Of a DNA stretch of 64,000 nucleotides, positions 13,201-20,575 are shown piece after piece. The translations under genes and the position numbers were made by a program. Below the pieces are notes generated by a model. That model did not search any database and was not told the DNA's origin. It worked only from the letters and a program-made list of their open reading frames with translations. The DNA is from a virus: positions 45,079 through 109,078 of the IMG/VR virus record IMGVR_UViG_3300034418_006779, one strand, 5' to 3'. Each line of letters starts with the position of its first letter. The first letter of the stretch is position 1.

Positions 13201-16200
13201 TCTAGACTTCACTAAGAAAGGCGAAGACATTGGAGACTTACAGCGTAGGCTGGGTCGTGATACCAAAACAGTTGGTAAGAACTTGATTGAAACTTTGGAG
13301 ATTCTTAAGCCAGCGGAGAATAAATCTAAGATGTATAAGATGGCTAATGAAGAGAAGTTATTTAATGAGACAATTCCTGGTTGGATTTACATGAATGCTT
13401 TACCATTGGCTCTTAAGTTTGATGATATATTTCAAGTACAGTCACCTCTTATAGAAGAAGTATATTCGTTCTTAGATGACGCTGTACGCTGGACACTACC
13501 CAATGATACTCGTGAGAAAATCTACAAACATATGATTTCTTACTTTTTCTCACTACCTAAATTTGGTATGTTTGATGGAGACGTTGTGTCAGCTAGAGAA
13601 AGACTATTTTTTGACAGCAGGGTAACAAATGGAATGCTGTGGGATAGAATGATCGAGCAACAACTGCAAGGATTGAGAGATAAAATCTCTTCTCGATTTG
13701 TAGTAGGAGAGACTACTGATAATCAAGCTATTGAGTATGTAGCTGCCTCAGATACTTACATTATCTCATCGGCTCTTGATCTAAACGCTGTTACATCTAT
13801 GATGGATAGAGCAGCTATATTTGATGAGAAATCTACTAAGAACAGCTTTATCATTAAGCATTGGAACAAACCTACTAAGAAAGAGCGAAACAAAGCAGTT
13901 AATACAGACGGGAAGAAAGGACGGTTAGAGTCTACTTTTAATAGTGACCCTACTCAACTTCAGAAGTTTGTAGTAGCAGCAAAAATATATTCTTTGGCTA
14001 ATCAATCAGAGAAAATTGAAGCAGCTCATTTTAAGTACGCGTTGAATAACTTCATTAAACTAGCGCAAGCTAGAGATGTGAATCCTGTGAATAATATGTC
14101 ATTGGCATCTATTTTCTCAAATATTATGTCACATGATTATGTTAGGAACAATCCTTTCTTGATTGGTATGACCGCAGACATTAATGAACAAGGAATTAGT
14201 AAGCTAACTTTCAATGCTACCGAAGGAACGTTAATGAACGAGCGAGTTTATAGTGAGGCTTTTCTAAATCTATTTAATGACGTACGCCAACCTGTGTTAG
14301 GAGTATTCAACGGAATACGATATACGCCCAAGTTATTAGGACAGGAATTAATTAAGTATGCTATGCTCTCCGGTGCTAAACAGGAAGCGATTGAATTTAC
14401 TAAATATATTCCGCCAAGTATTCTATACAATCTCCCTCTTGCTTCTCCAGATGGTAGAACAATAGGTGACGAGGTTAGTAACGCTTCACTTAGAGATCTA
14501 GACATGTTCCAGAACTTTAAGTACCAGTTCCTACAGCACATGTCAGAGCATCTGATCAAGGTTAGTTCTTACTCAATGGATCTTGACAACTACGTTAAGA
14601 AAGGTAAGAAGTTTAACCATAAAGAAGACCTACTTCCTGCTGTTATTGATAAGTCCAGAATTAACTTCAAGGATAACAATATCAAAACAGAAGAGGGTGA
14701 GTTCTTCATTCCACATGCTTTTGTTACTGAAGAGGTAGCTACTAAAAAGATGGTAGTATATGTCAGTAACAGAAATAACAAGTACCATAAGGTAGATAGT
14801 CTTGGAGTATTCGGTATGAGAGAGTATGATCCTAGTAAGCAGTTTGCTGCGTCAACAGTGAACCATGCGGCTAATACTACTACTCATGTAAACTTTGCTG
14901 ATAACTATAGTGATGATCTTGTTAAGTGGGAGAAAGCTCAAGTACTCAAACCTATGGAAGTAGAGGAGTTTGAGAGACTCATAGATGCAAACTTAATGAG
15001 TGAGACAGCTACTCCTAGTATGGCCGAAGTTATTACTGCAACTAAGAAGTATACTAAGTTTGACTTTGAAAAGAGTATGCTTGAAACCTACGCTCAGATG
15101 GCAATTCTAACTGGTGTAGAGTTTAGTGTTAATCAACCTGTTGAAGGAACTTCAAGATATGATAATGAAACATATTATGATCCAGCATCTAACAGAGTTA
15201 ACATCAACAAAGACACTCTAGATAAAGTAACTGAGATCTTAGGCTCGAAAGGAGAAGCGTTTAAGTACTTGCTGATGCACGAGCTGGGTCACGCCTTTAC
15301 TAAAATGTTTATTCATAAACATCCTTCACATCGCTTGACCATTCAGATCAAACAACTACAACAAGAGTTTGTTAGAAACTTGGATAAAGAATCTGATGCA
15401 TGGAAAGAATTGGTAGAAGAAAATGCTTACATTGAAAATACTCTTACTGACATTCATGAGTTCATAGCTTACGCTATGAGCGATAACAAGTTCCAGAAAG
15501 TACTTGCCGGGATGAAGAGAAAGAACGAATCAATGTTGAACAAGTTCTTCCGTTTGATCAAAGGGATCATAGGAGATTTGGCTAGAATGTTGGGAGTTAA
15601 AATCAATGACACTCTCTTGGAAATCACATTAACTAATGTAATGCAGATGCAATCTCTGTACGCAGCTTCCGTTTCGGATGTAGATCCGGATACTGGAGTC
15701 TCAGCTTTTGAACAACTTACAGAGGGATCTAATGCAGGAATAGTAATTTATGAGATGGATGGAAAGATGTATGAGTTCACTCTTGATGGAGTAGGCGTTC
15801 CGATTAGTTATCGTAGAGGAACTGATCTAACTAACCTACAAAGTCCTCGTTCGTACACAGGAGATAGATTAGTAGCAAAAACTAAGGAGCTCTATTATGA
15901 TGCTCTCAAAGATGGAGCTATGATTCTAGGTAAGACTACTGAGTCTACTCAAATGAGTTCAGAAATAAGCAAGAGACCTAGCATTGAAGAGACCATTGCT
16001 GCGATGGATAGAGCAGGTAGGATCGAAAGAGATAGCGAAGGAAATTTGACAGATGTTAAAGCACTTAACGGTAAGTCATCTAAACTTTTCCATTCTCTTA
16101 CTGAGATTGTTCCTGACGCTGAGCAAGCTCTTAGAGAGTATGCTAATGTAACAGCGTATAAGGGTGATTGGGATCAACTAGAACTAGACTCCAATGGGGA

Positions 16201-19200
16201 ACCTGATTTGGTTGAACTAAATGACATGGACGATGTTTCGTTCTTTGCTGCTTCTTCTAAAGGGAATAAAGGCGGTGCGGTTACGTATCAGTTCTTTATT
16301 GATAGTTTTAATCGTAGAAAAATTAAGCTTGAGCGTGAGATGAATGTACTCTCTAAGGAGAGAGATCACCATGCCACAGCAATTGATAGAAAAGCATTCA
16401 TTGAACTTCGAGTTCGTCAGATTCAACAGGCAATTAATATTCTTAATGGACGGATAGAGCTCTTAAGACCTTTGACTAAGATTAGGAGTTTGAAAACCGA
16501 ATTGAATAAGGATGTTACTATACTGGAGAATTTAATTGGAGCTAATAAAAATCCAACTCTTCACGATTTAGAATTAGCTAGAGAGATTATTGAGTTTTGG
16601 AAAGTAGTAGGTAACTACTCAGGAGAAGAACATCCGTTCTTTGATGAGTCAGAGTTGATATCTATTAGAGAGCAGAAGCCCCCTAAAGGAAAGCGAATGA
16701 ACGCCATGCAACAAGAGCGCACGAAGCAGACTTTAGATAGAGCTATAAGTAATATGCAGACTTACCAAGGTATTCTACTTAGCAGATACAAAGACATTAT
16801 TGATGATAGGAATAAGAAAACTTATGGAGCAGATCATGATATTAATTGGAATGACTTTATTAAAGATGTATCTGGAGTTGAAGCTCAGTTCTTAGATATT
16901 TCTCAAACAGATAATGAAGTACTTCATCTATTGGGTGAGGCTGTTAAGGATGCTAACTGGAGAGCTAAAGTAGAATCGAATAAGATTGTAGCAGAAGTTG
17001 ATGAAATGTTAGACAAACTGAGAGACTGGGCGAGCACAAGAGATGTAAGTTTGAATGAGGCTTTCGAAAGTTTGGCACAAACATTCTCTAATGACCATGA
17101 TGAAAGAACCGGTAACTTGGTTGAGTTCGCTACATACGAATGGAGAAAAGAATTGCTACGTAAGAGACGATGGGCACAGCGACAAGGTACAATTGACGCA
17201 AGAAGTGCGGCAGAGTTCTCACGCTTTGGTACCACAGGATTTGAAACAGAAAACGTACAGATATTCGACGACTCTCGTTATAGGGTGGAACAAGCCTATA
17301 GAGATAAAATGAATGATTTGTTTGGTGAGGAGGTTGCTCAAGATTTGTCTAACCAGGCTCGGGCATTAAGAGGTGAGTTTAGACGAGCTAAAGATGGATT
17401 TATCAGATTCTTAGATGGATTAACTCTTACTACTGAGCAACGGGATCTTAGAATGAAGATGTGGGAATTTGAAAACGATCCAGAAGTTCATAGGAATATT
17501 TTAAAACACGGATACGTTAATACAATTAAAGCAAACCAAATTGCTAAGATTAAAACAGGGAAGAAGTTTAAGTTGAGAAACGAAAAGAACTTCTTACCTA
17601 TAGTAAGTGGTAAGTTTGTACTGACTGTTCCTAAATCTGCAGATCATGTAGATAAAAACTTCAAACGTTTATATAAACCTGAGAATAAACCTCTCTTGGA
17701 TATGTATAAGTACGCAATAGATAAGATTAATGAAATAAATGATTATCTTCCTGCGTATAAAACTAGGAATCTTCAAGAGAATACTCTCCCTTACATGTTA
17801 CAGACTCATATCAATGAGTTCTGGCACGATCGTAAAAACCATGGTATGATCCATGCGAGTAAGGCTATCTGGGATCGCTTCCTTGTAGAAACAAGGCAAA
17901 GTAATTTTGATGAGGAATCATTTAGAATGAAAGATCCAAACGGCCAGCTGTCTGATGAGATTCAGGTTAGGTATATTAGAGGTAGAAAGAAGATTGATGA
18001 CCATATTGACTTCAAAGTTACCGAATGGTTAGTTAACCAAGGAGATAGGAAGAAAGATGATGCTTATAAGAAAGACTTACAAGAGGTAAGAGCTGCTGCT
18101 GAAAGAGAGATCATAAATAAGTTGTCTGAAAAGCAAAGCTTTGACTTAGGACAAGTACTTAAAGCGTATGCTATTTTTGGTCTTAACTACAAGCACAAGG
18201 CTGCTACTGAGGATCTTGTACGAGCTGTAGGGTATGTTGTTGACAAATCCGATGAGGCTCCTACACTAGATGGAAGTGCCGCACCTGCTGGTGGGCGTAT
18301 GAGAAATATTAAGACTATGGTAGATTCATACAAAGATTCTTTCTTTAACTATCGTCCTATAGACAAAAACTTTGTTAGTAAAAAGAAAGAAGTTCTCACT
18401 CAAGATGAGAAAAAAGAACGTGAAGAGATTAAAGGGTTGATAGACACATTGAAAGATGACATTGTTCAGATGGGTGCAGACATGAAGAACGATAAGCTTA
18501 CTAAGAAAGAGAAGCGTGCATTGAAAAATAAGATTGACGACTATGAAGATAGAATCAGCCGTCTTGAAGATCAGTATGCTAGAATTGGTGGAAAATTTAA
18601 GAGCGCATCTTATATTGATTTGTTACTTAGATACACTCGACTCAAAGGTATGGCGTGGAACGTCCCTGCGGCGTTTAGCAACATTGCTTTTGGACTTGTA
18701 GCAGGCATGAATCAAGCAGCTGATGGACGAGTCTACGGCGACAACGAATACTTCACAGCGCTTTCGATTGCACTCAATGGGGTAGGTAGAAACTGGAGCT
18801 TTGGTAAAAAGACAATATTGCATAAAGCAGATGTTAGCGAGAAGATTAGAAACGCAATGGACCATCTTGATATCTTAAAAGAGACTAAGTATGAGATCTT
18901 TAGTAAGAGTAAAGAAGGTACCAGAAAGTGGGATGATAAGATCAAATTCTTAGACCCATACAATCCTCAAGCTCGTTCGGAGTACTTCGTACAGTCTATT
19001 GATTTAATAGCTACAGCTTTAGCAACTAAAGTTACGCTTGCTGATGGAACCGAAACTAATCTATGGCATGCGATGGACAACAATCTGAATGTACCAGTTG
19101 GAGCAACCATCACTACTGATGCGGCTAGAGATAATATTACTGTTACTGAAGATAATCAATTAGATGCTCAGTTTTATCTTAAACAAAGAGCAGATAAAGT

Positions 19201-20059
19201 GATTAGAGAAAACCATGGTAACTATGATCCTGATTATACTATCAAAGCTAAAAGATCAGTATTGGGTAGGATGGTATCTATCTTTAATACGTGGTTGTTC
19301 GAAGCTGTACAGCAACGCTTCGGTAGAGTTAGAGATGACAAACAATTTGGATTCAAAAGGAAGGGTAGATACCATAGTGGTGTTGCAATGCCTTTCTTAC
19401 CAGTAATGTTTGGATGGTCTAATGAAACTGGAATGGGGGCTATACAACAGAGCTTATTTGCTACTAAATACCTCTGGAACCAACTTGGTAAATCTCTTAG
19501 TCTAGGTAAACTAGACATCAACAAGCAGATTACCGGGCAGGAACTTTCCTTTGAGGAAGCAGGATTTAGTGAAGTAGACGCGGCAAATATGAGACGTAAC
19601 ATTCGTGATGCGCAATTCCAACTTCTGTTGATAGCTATGTTCTATTGCTTCAAAGCAATGGCTACTGGAGACAAAGAAGAACGAGAGGAAGAGGGAATTC
19701 CTTCTCATGAGAAAGGATTTGGCAGTGAGTGGATGAATAATTACATGGCTAACATGTCATTAAGAATCTATAATGAATTGACGCTGTATAACAACCCAGT
19801 TCAAATCTTCTCATCGCCTCAGAATTTTGCAACGCTTGGTCGAACCTTAGCAGACTTCGGTCACTTGATTGACGCTACTTTCGCACAGTTTGGTGAAAAA
19901 CCTAACTATGAACAAGGAGCATTCAAAGGTGTGAATAAACTGTGGGTAAGATCTACAGGCATGATCCCAGGATCTACACCATTCACTTCAGCAATCAAGT
20001 CTGGACATCAGATATACGGAACACCAATATCATCTACATTGGGAACTCGTATGAGATAA
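1292..20059 (+). CDS. Giant virion-packaged DNA-dependent RNA polymerase polyprotein (crAss-like vRNAP) with PD-(D/E)XK nuclease and zincin-like motifs
   Basis: 6255 aa. MRIPNQG...MGSDFDVDKLY two-barrel RNAP catalytic motif (DFDVDK at 12263-12280); GTVDL...IYDLKS...QLSLY nuclease motif near 4210-4390; HELGH...HEFIA zincin motif from 15278. Confidence 0.9.
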   Translation: MAETTQNTNPVFDKILQQNRAQALHGASASKGLGTTLVDGPIYTGYDDPRMSLLTQSGWEQARRAIGGGLTLGALGAMKNTYQFAHDIGNFFETMFSSDKSMSDLLDMEQYSQSTIAKNLGEIIDEKREAFAIHKADPNDVFDWDDSGFYWQSVQGILDSAVQFALPGAGAVKAVGAIQKIPRLFSYFKKTEKLGQMLTASKSGQQIANSVGSGLLSNHIEGTSMASEIYNNTMKNFEKDIQKYRDSEGREGISLEEAKRRSAFSANSFREWNRLMFFTDAVQLHGLFKGKGFTRNLLDAKGFKESVGNLTKFNTKNPIYGFLKQGVTEAGEEIVQGISQRLHEDMAKGVDTPIGERLLDYVTDSELLYEGFLGFFGGGPQKIATQFAQEGDAVLTGKFFTKKYWNDKNAMYNQQQEIIKETNDYFKSELGRQMVGHNIAADAVIAGRPELGEIATNREFSRLATMHFEAGTTEVFEQHLDDIANNAEYRKENKYSDDDAANAKELLKELDRLEQQWMKTSRYAVDDKHQVRLFETNNIINSLEKLVGSQQEHIDKLTQNLNETIIDDAVEAANLKISNEKKDALRKILSIDEQGKLRAPVDELAEADLHPAHAKAVAEVFDTQSQVTDLKDQQAILDEMNSKLRDAKKDRANYNSFGYRKSYIEHKKRQEKRLKDKIKREEAAERKQRRADKKLKRAETSKKLKGKAKQLAKKGELKKEAKKIMDKAATKAKLAPENKKSEPLQTVDPATKQPVTPTQPTPNEYIGKERGTLLAERSKKEAVLSSSKPEEIMPVLDVLAEIGDALEELRAQPFQHSGKYEFAPPAHIKDALDEMINRSKRIILNEDTNEYELKDENGKVVRTYKRVSNVSNPDYDDSNKYAHHATQIGSALDLIARDFFSGNLKAWDTYLVADKFDKTKSYPVFKGKKEFEHYLHQLEDLKLVLKSKGQVIIDPGIVDGKTSEFKLADDENGVAGTVDLMTYDKEGNVYIYDLKSMRSNKLEGNDYYSRTHGRKKSDAETHQDQLSLYRILLANSTGLLAAELAVIPTVVGGYNPDGEVKVPSTVNILTKRFGPDVTSMVDFFVFMDPKDSVSGIELSPLRTFITTPPSTPIQVPPSTPQASEEEAEARADLAAVVGLTNKIDAELRKIDQDQEFHADAEEDLLEGLTKKEKEMLSKIRKKHSSFWVGSREELAKLVGTKQKKVDEFIEKLEQKGFLEFNDETVVLTLSDLPARFAARNGFSAIIEAAEDNFNGVIARIRKRLEKGEDYQVEFADLINFIQHQLEAVNSAISERQYDMYEMLYLHYVFVNKSRDFQKPQIPSYEEWLKQSIVPGADVKIDDQYDENTIDEVKNMSDFIKRFFELPDKKLGEQGTKAAVDKVAYLAREYFNEALTSEGFSAQEISDSLNEGKVHPDVFNRKKLLPGTKLKIKVNHNYTGVTKYHPELMGDLPTQETPQGRVVQWSDFIAKYPQGTLEYNMFVPLEIRTEDDRLIGWYHTVGFATKHTIKIKDGQTSDEAVEEAREAVIDARDIILNNLNSQGEFDAGGQLQIEETSIGQLLRPENKNRVRASEGIEEDLDIVVGRMTGQKASLRTGPSDKERVQQNRVHRMKGFKVIRGLTYLMFPVGTKEIKVGKKKTKRTVTTFAPVPLYKHKMGTTKANEEDQYSDIRSSIAKVIELFIDTSNENNMPLIREFEKQTGYNLRKWEHVKKYLEQFLYDRTIPAEYTEIIDFIKDSNLDDSKMVFALKFREDSNDKRAQLVLGSKLSADGSQFINLRRGDQFTEQHRALIEKHLKAMFFNTSLAAVKNNKPVFIIKKGKVEQIAKTYKEFVKSTSDVPFIGMKYTDENGETQHTYTAQRLLLMNSDSIMDYTAPETSATEAKQETVEQQRAKHELTYKPNRLKQKIDKYQFERIAKRLKELRSSDATLALYNQLVDVYRGIHDQIIIAKSHNVDVGNFISGDLETMVDPYMEEGLDVFTQEELTGLISYVQEYFAGTEKASLLDLIDYQNKIIRPAQDVAKAVETRHAYGIEFMDSLSYEAAKELSNLVSDMKKRYNENDEEIKPDDVGKLVMLMTKGLKTSISSANMTKLKTYLIDVIHDRAMSVEEIYTATESYTISPYGEEDIKAVEKEFKAEESTGAVSAVNPPSDEQEAADLAELDAIRAMFPNSDDESASLYGFTPAQQKFVDTHYVEGVDVLNQGAFIKNMLAELFDKVIYNPKGVKVKLEEYVPQLKYNTVNMRKDLRRKAAAIHEQIKSKYDADTYSMQQAAKDPDNAAQFSEILQLDARAKKLDLMIAGWDKIEGLLYERLTNTAGFKMSKDKSARKEVDLDTPAEHEGENVSSDEEMTESDFSKKKFDSLVGEVDPKASASPLLKMFLSTIPRSEIDPETGKAIGGFSWYKGTEYVDFDKVWGFLKETLANKWSDRKAMIEELENYTTSHPYVQHIIDLLQRDKTHAATLQPRILAELQNDPAYFTKYTNEQLEKMSWDRANYRVQKQMQLARQLIVAVRSTAINMYMVMAYSNLTGGDSYSRYKTIPANRNKVDKKVRDQWTINLKQTALYSPKSEFDATLYPNTSRIDALFNKYDNQYRKTLDHLVGFLSEIGVTLSDEVIADIIKWDGNIPLSGGEWVEAGELLSVLLSDKGLRPKMVNNLPLAASNPLNDGYIQSLSRLQAKHEQGLRPQSARINNKSIYEYTTTQFNADHLRELQEDGDMIANFSKSHFSAKSLWLQDSYDHTGGVMMIDEETGQPVSTGLGLHEMEFFTVSLNPYKEDWQTSSGNPVPLQDRNELQHELTKIAHFQEGFEGGSEFQTYEEGEPVRRRRTSLFYPTNSNKERATGFRGIKAIVSSFYGQENRIVLTDETLDVAMEQLVEPEFNRIVKIQSLIAAGDTPRIKAYAHGGQMFHFIPSLNNMEELWDEFGQLNTEALNDPKIQELVRDRVSKHLIKLGQKKYKFWKKAGIGATKEIETKSGNTIKKHFQGLDKFYMHKMFGANKNMTDQQRELAIQKAALDMEINYMIANANMYMLFIGDPALYFKPSMTKDLIKKYPDPIDFIRAYHSEVNDEYRINVVKDTFDNAGKRLAGDIAPGYELADTANPDFADDLEINYMFLGDVKIASVEKEYLKRLGLGDAYDGLEGADGQEYTHWSEHLKILYHLGRLTDDDYERITDKLDRGEDLNDSDLKTVLQPMKPVYVNNRWDEGLSTYIRTYVKTSAFPLLPQLTRDLEIDKLTQFLEERYQDPEALTIHRVPMMSGTKVGGFSDAVEFMNADGTFKTSEELAEAGAFNQDLHVITVPRQGFRIQQDVPYKEDKDEINRVSQAAKLLVVNMMGQKGFEPKRFIIDNRIYDLVPSIREFFIDDEGNEIDHDFSGEDMNKIYNAIFKYLYEEDMRGFVNEFMEENGEDLDWNKVKDVIRDEAIARNYPPTMVDAIDMFDDVAFLKFSPYALQFQALLNSIVNNRVLKKTMPGHSYVLGSEEGFRIQEGLTEDNLKNTEIIYTGSFNGKYLQPARYLTVENANEKEIADARKENRILKEEKDGVEVEYIVTEKGKKIMRGDQVFVAPRFKIEDKNGKERYIDLRETYSDGTYKWLNKDKNGRLTLKKSKFSKQALEMFGMRIPNQGPNSTAYIEIAGFLPKKMGDLIIAPRDFTARMGSDFDVDKLYCYQYYYSVNKSGKIVAYKGKNDKKRLKNALVNVHMTITSNPDENVQKAISTPLNEWRLGEIGNTILGFREKRFSERDPETGEVIPANESFSGISSEYQRTKYLNARAGKIGVGVFSQDSVFNAMLQQHRVTLMRQQTDDSWDDHFEKFGDQDSKLMYTTDTTDGTLTKMEVISAWQSAAVDDETLQILYKLNVNSTTMPVVRYMNQIGFVEETPWFLTQDAMFDYLDFLNQGMKRADAVSAVFKKYNIKFPDEAEKLKEFKNDLYEEANEIGLDKLKHMVENGPDSDDYTPEEYARIQGALFYKFLDFTKKGEDIGDLQRRLGRDTKTVGKNLIETLEILKPAENKSKMYKMANEEKLFNETIPGWIYMNALPLALKFDDIFQVQSPLIEEVYSFLDDAVRWTLPNDTREKIYKHMISYFFSLPKFGMFDGDVVSARERLFFDSRVTNGMLWDRMIEQQLQGLRDKISSRFVVGETTDNQAIEYVAASDTYIISSALDLNAVTSMMDRAAIFDEKSTKNSFIIKHWNKPTKKERNKAVNTDGKKGRLESTFNSDPTQLQKFVVAAKIYSLANQSEKIEAAHFKYALNNFIKLAQARDVNPVNNMSLASIFSNIMSHDYVRNNPFLIGMTADINEQGISKLTFNATEGTLMNERVYSEAFLNLFNDVRQPVLGVFNGIRYTPKLLGQELIKYAMLSGAKQEAIEFTKYIPPSILYNLPLASPDGRTIGDEVSNASLRDLDMFQNFKYQFLQHMSEHLIKVSSYSMDLDNYVKKGKKFNHKEDLLPAVIDKSRINFKDNNIKTEEGEFFIPHAFVTEEVATKKMVVYVSNRNNKYHKVDSLGVFGMREYDPSKQFAASTVNHAANTTTHVNFADNYSDDLVKWEKAQVLKPMEVEEFERLIDANLMSETATPSMAEVITATKKYTKFDFEKSMLETYAQMAILTGVEFSVNQPVEGTSRYDNETYYDPASNRVNINKDTLDKVTEILGSKGEAFKYLLMHELGHAFTKMFIHKHPSHRLTIQIKQLQQEFVRNLDKESDAWKELVEENAYIENTLTDIHEFIAYAMSDNKFQKVLAGMKRKNESMLNKFFRLIKGIIGDLARMLGVKINDTLLEITLTNVMQMQSLYAASVSDVDPDTGVSAFEQLTEGSNAGIVIYEMDGKMYEFTLDGVGVPISYRRGTDLTNLQSPRSYTGDRLVAKTKELYYDALKDGAMILGKTTESTQMSSEISKRPSIEETIAAMDRAGRIERDSEGNLTDVKALNGKSSKLFHSLTEIVPDAEQALREYANVTAYKGDWDQLELDSNGEPDLVELNDMDDVSFFAASSKGNKGGAVTYQFFIDSFNRRKIKLEREMNVLSKERDHHATAIDRKAFIELRVRQIQQAINILNGRIELLRPLTKIRSLKTELNKDVTILENLIGANKNPTLHDLELAREIIEFWKVVGNYSGEEHPFFDESELISIREQKPPKGKRMNAMQQERTKQTLDRAISNMQTYQGILLSRYKDIIDDRNKKTYGADHDINWNDFIKDVSGVEAQFLDISQTDNEVLHLLGEAVKDANWRAKVESNKIVAEVDEMLDKLRDWASTRDVSLNEAFESLAQTFSNDHDERTGNLVEFATYEWRKELLRKRRWAQRQGTIDARSAAEFSRFGTTGFETENVQIFDDSRYRVEQAYRDKMNDLFGEEVAQDLSNQARALRGEFRRAKDGFIRFLDGLTLTTEQRDLRMKMWEFENDPEVHRNILKHGYVNTIKANQIAKIKTGKKFKLRNEKNFLPIVSGKFVLTVPKSADHVDKNFKRLYKPENKPLLDMYKYAIDKINEINDYLPAYKTRNLQENTLPYMLQTHINEFWHDRKNHGMIHASKAIWDRFLVETRQSNFDEESFRMKDPNGQLSDEIQVRYIRGRKKIDDHIDFKVTEWLVNQGDRKKDDAYKKDLQEVRAAAEREIINKLSEKQSFDLGQVLKAYAIFGLNYKHKAATEDLVRAVGYVVDKSDEAPTLDGSAAPAGGRMRNIKTMVDSYKDSFFNYRPIDKNFVSKKKEVLTQDEKKEREEIKGLIDTLKDDIVQMGADMKNDKLTKKEKRALKNKIDDYEDRISRLEDQYARIGGKFKSASYIDLLLRYTRLKGMAWNVPAAFSNIAFGLVAGMNQAADGRVYGDNEYFTALSIALNGVGRNWSFGKKTILHKADVSEKIRNAMDHLDILKETKYEIFSKSKEGTRKWDDKIKFLDPYNPQARSEYFVQSIDLIATALATKVTLADGTETNLWHAMDNNLNVPVGATITTDAARDNITVTEDNQLDAQFYLKQRADKVIRENHGNYDPDYTIKAKRSVLGRMVSIFNTWLFEAVQQRFGRVRDDKQFGFKRKGRYHSGVAMPFLPVMFGWSNETGMGAIQQSLFATKYLWNQLGKSLSLGKLDINKQITGQELSFEEAGFSEVDAANMRRNIRDAQFQLLLIAMFYCFKAMATGDKEEREEEGIPSHEKGFGSEWMNNYMANMSLRIYNELTLYNNPVQIFSSPQNFATLGRTLADFGHLIDATFAQFGEKPNYEQGAFKGVNKLWVRSTGMIPGSTPFTSAIKSGHQIYGTPISSTLGTRMR

Positions 20060-20076
20060 TCAAGATAGCTTGTAGG

Positions 20077-20127
20077 TAAAAAAAAGCCTAAGCAGTCTAA
20101 ACAGATGTATAAAAAAAAGCCTAAGCA
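20077..20127. repeat. 18-bp direct repeat TAAAAAAAAGCCTAAGCA, two copies
   Basis: Copies at 20077-20094 and 20110-20127; duplicates the left arm of the terminator. Confidence 0.8.
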
Positions 20128-20160
20128 TCCCGTAAGGGGTGCCTAGGCTTTCTTGTTTTT
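20116..20160. terminator. Bidirectional intrinsic terminator between convergent transcription units
   Basis: Hairpin aagcctaagcatccc-gtaa-ggggtgcctaggctt flanked by an A-run and a T-rich run at the strand switch. Confidence 0.75.
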
Positions 20161-20172
20161 AAACCGTTAGGT

Positions 20173-20475
20173 TTAGAGCTCGATCAGTCTAAGAATATCT
20201 GTCTTAGTCTGTCGCTCATGTACTTGAACTAGTTGTGCAAAGTTGATATCAACATCAACACTCATTTCTTCGGTTCCTTTCTGGACAATAACACGGACTT
20301 CCTCTTGGTCAGGTAGTCGGTGAATGCGATAGCTGCTACCTTTATGAGAAAAAGAGTACAGACCACCATGAATAGCTTCATTATATGAAACTTCAATGTT
20401 ATCATCGTCAACGATGTTAAGGAGTTTGTTAAGGGTTGATTCAACAGTTACAGGGGTTGATGTTAGTTCTGACAT
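20173..20475 (-). CDS. Hypothetical protein
   Basis: Start moved to MSELTS; the longer ORF-track version runs through a tRNA-like gene. Confidence 0.6.
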   Translation of the reverse strand: MSELTSTPVTVESTLNKLLNIVDDDNIEVSYNEAIHGGLYSFSHKGSSYRIHRLPDQEEVRVIVQKGTEEMSVDVDINFAQLVQVHERQTKTDILRLIEL

Positions 20476-20492
20476 ATGTAAAAATATTTTAG

Positions 20493-20567
20493 GTGCGGGG
20501 GCCTGACTCGAACAGACGGTCTCTGGGTCTGAGACCCAGCGAGATACACCAACTTCTCTACCCCGCA
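20493..20567 (-). tRNA. tRNA-fMet-like body with aberrant anticodon loop (UCA at 34-36)
   Basis: TGCGGGG TA GAGA AGTTGGTGTA TCTC G CTGGG TCTCAGA CCCAG AGACC GTCTG TTCGAGT CAGGC CCCCGCA C; no encoded CCA. Confidence 0.8.
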
Positions 20568-20575
20568 GGAGGAGC

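Noticed and set aside
2563-19708. Many short antisense or alternate-frame ORFs within the vRNAP gene, and + strand ORFs throughout the - strand region
   Set aside because: Shadow ORFs of real genes with no motifs.
20493-20567. tRNA-Sec
   Set aside because: UCA anticodon, but a 7-bp acceptor stem and short variable loop with none of the SelC architecture.
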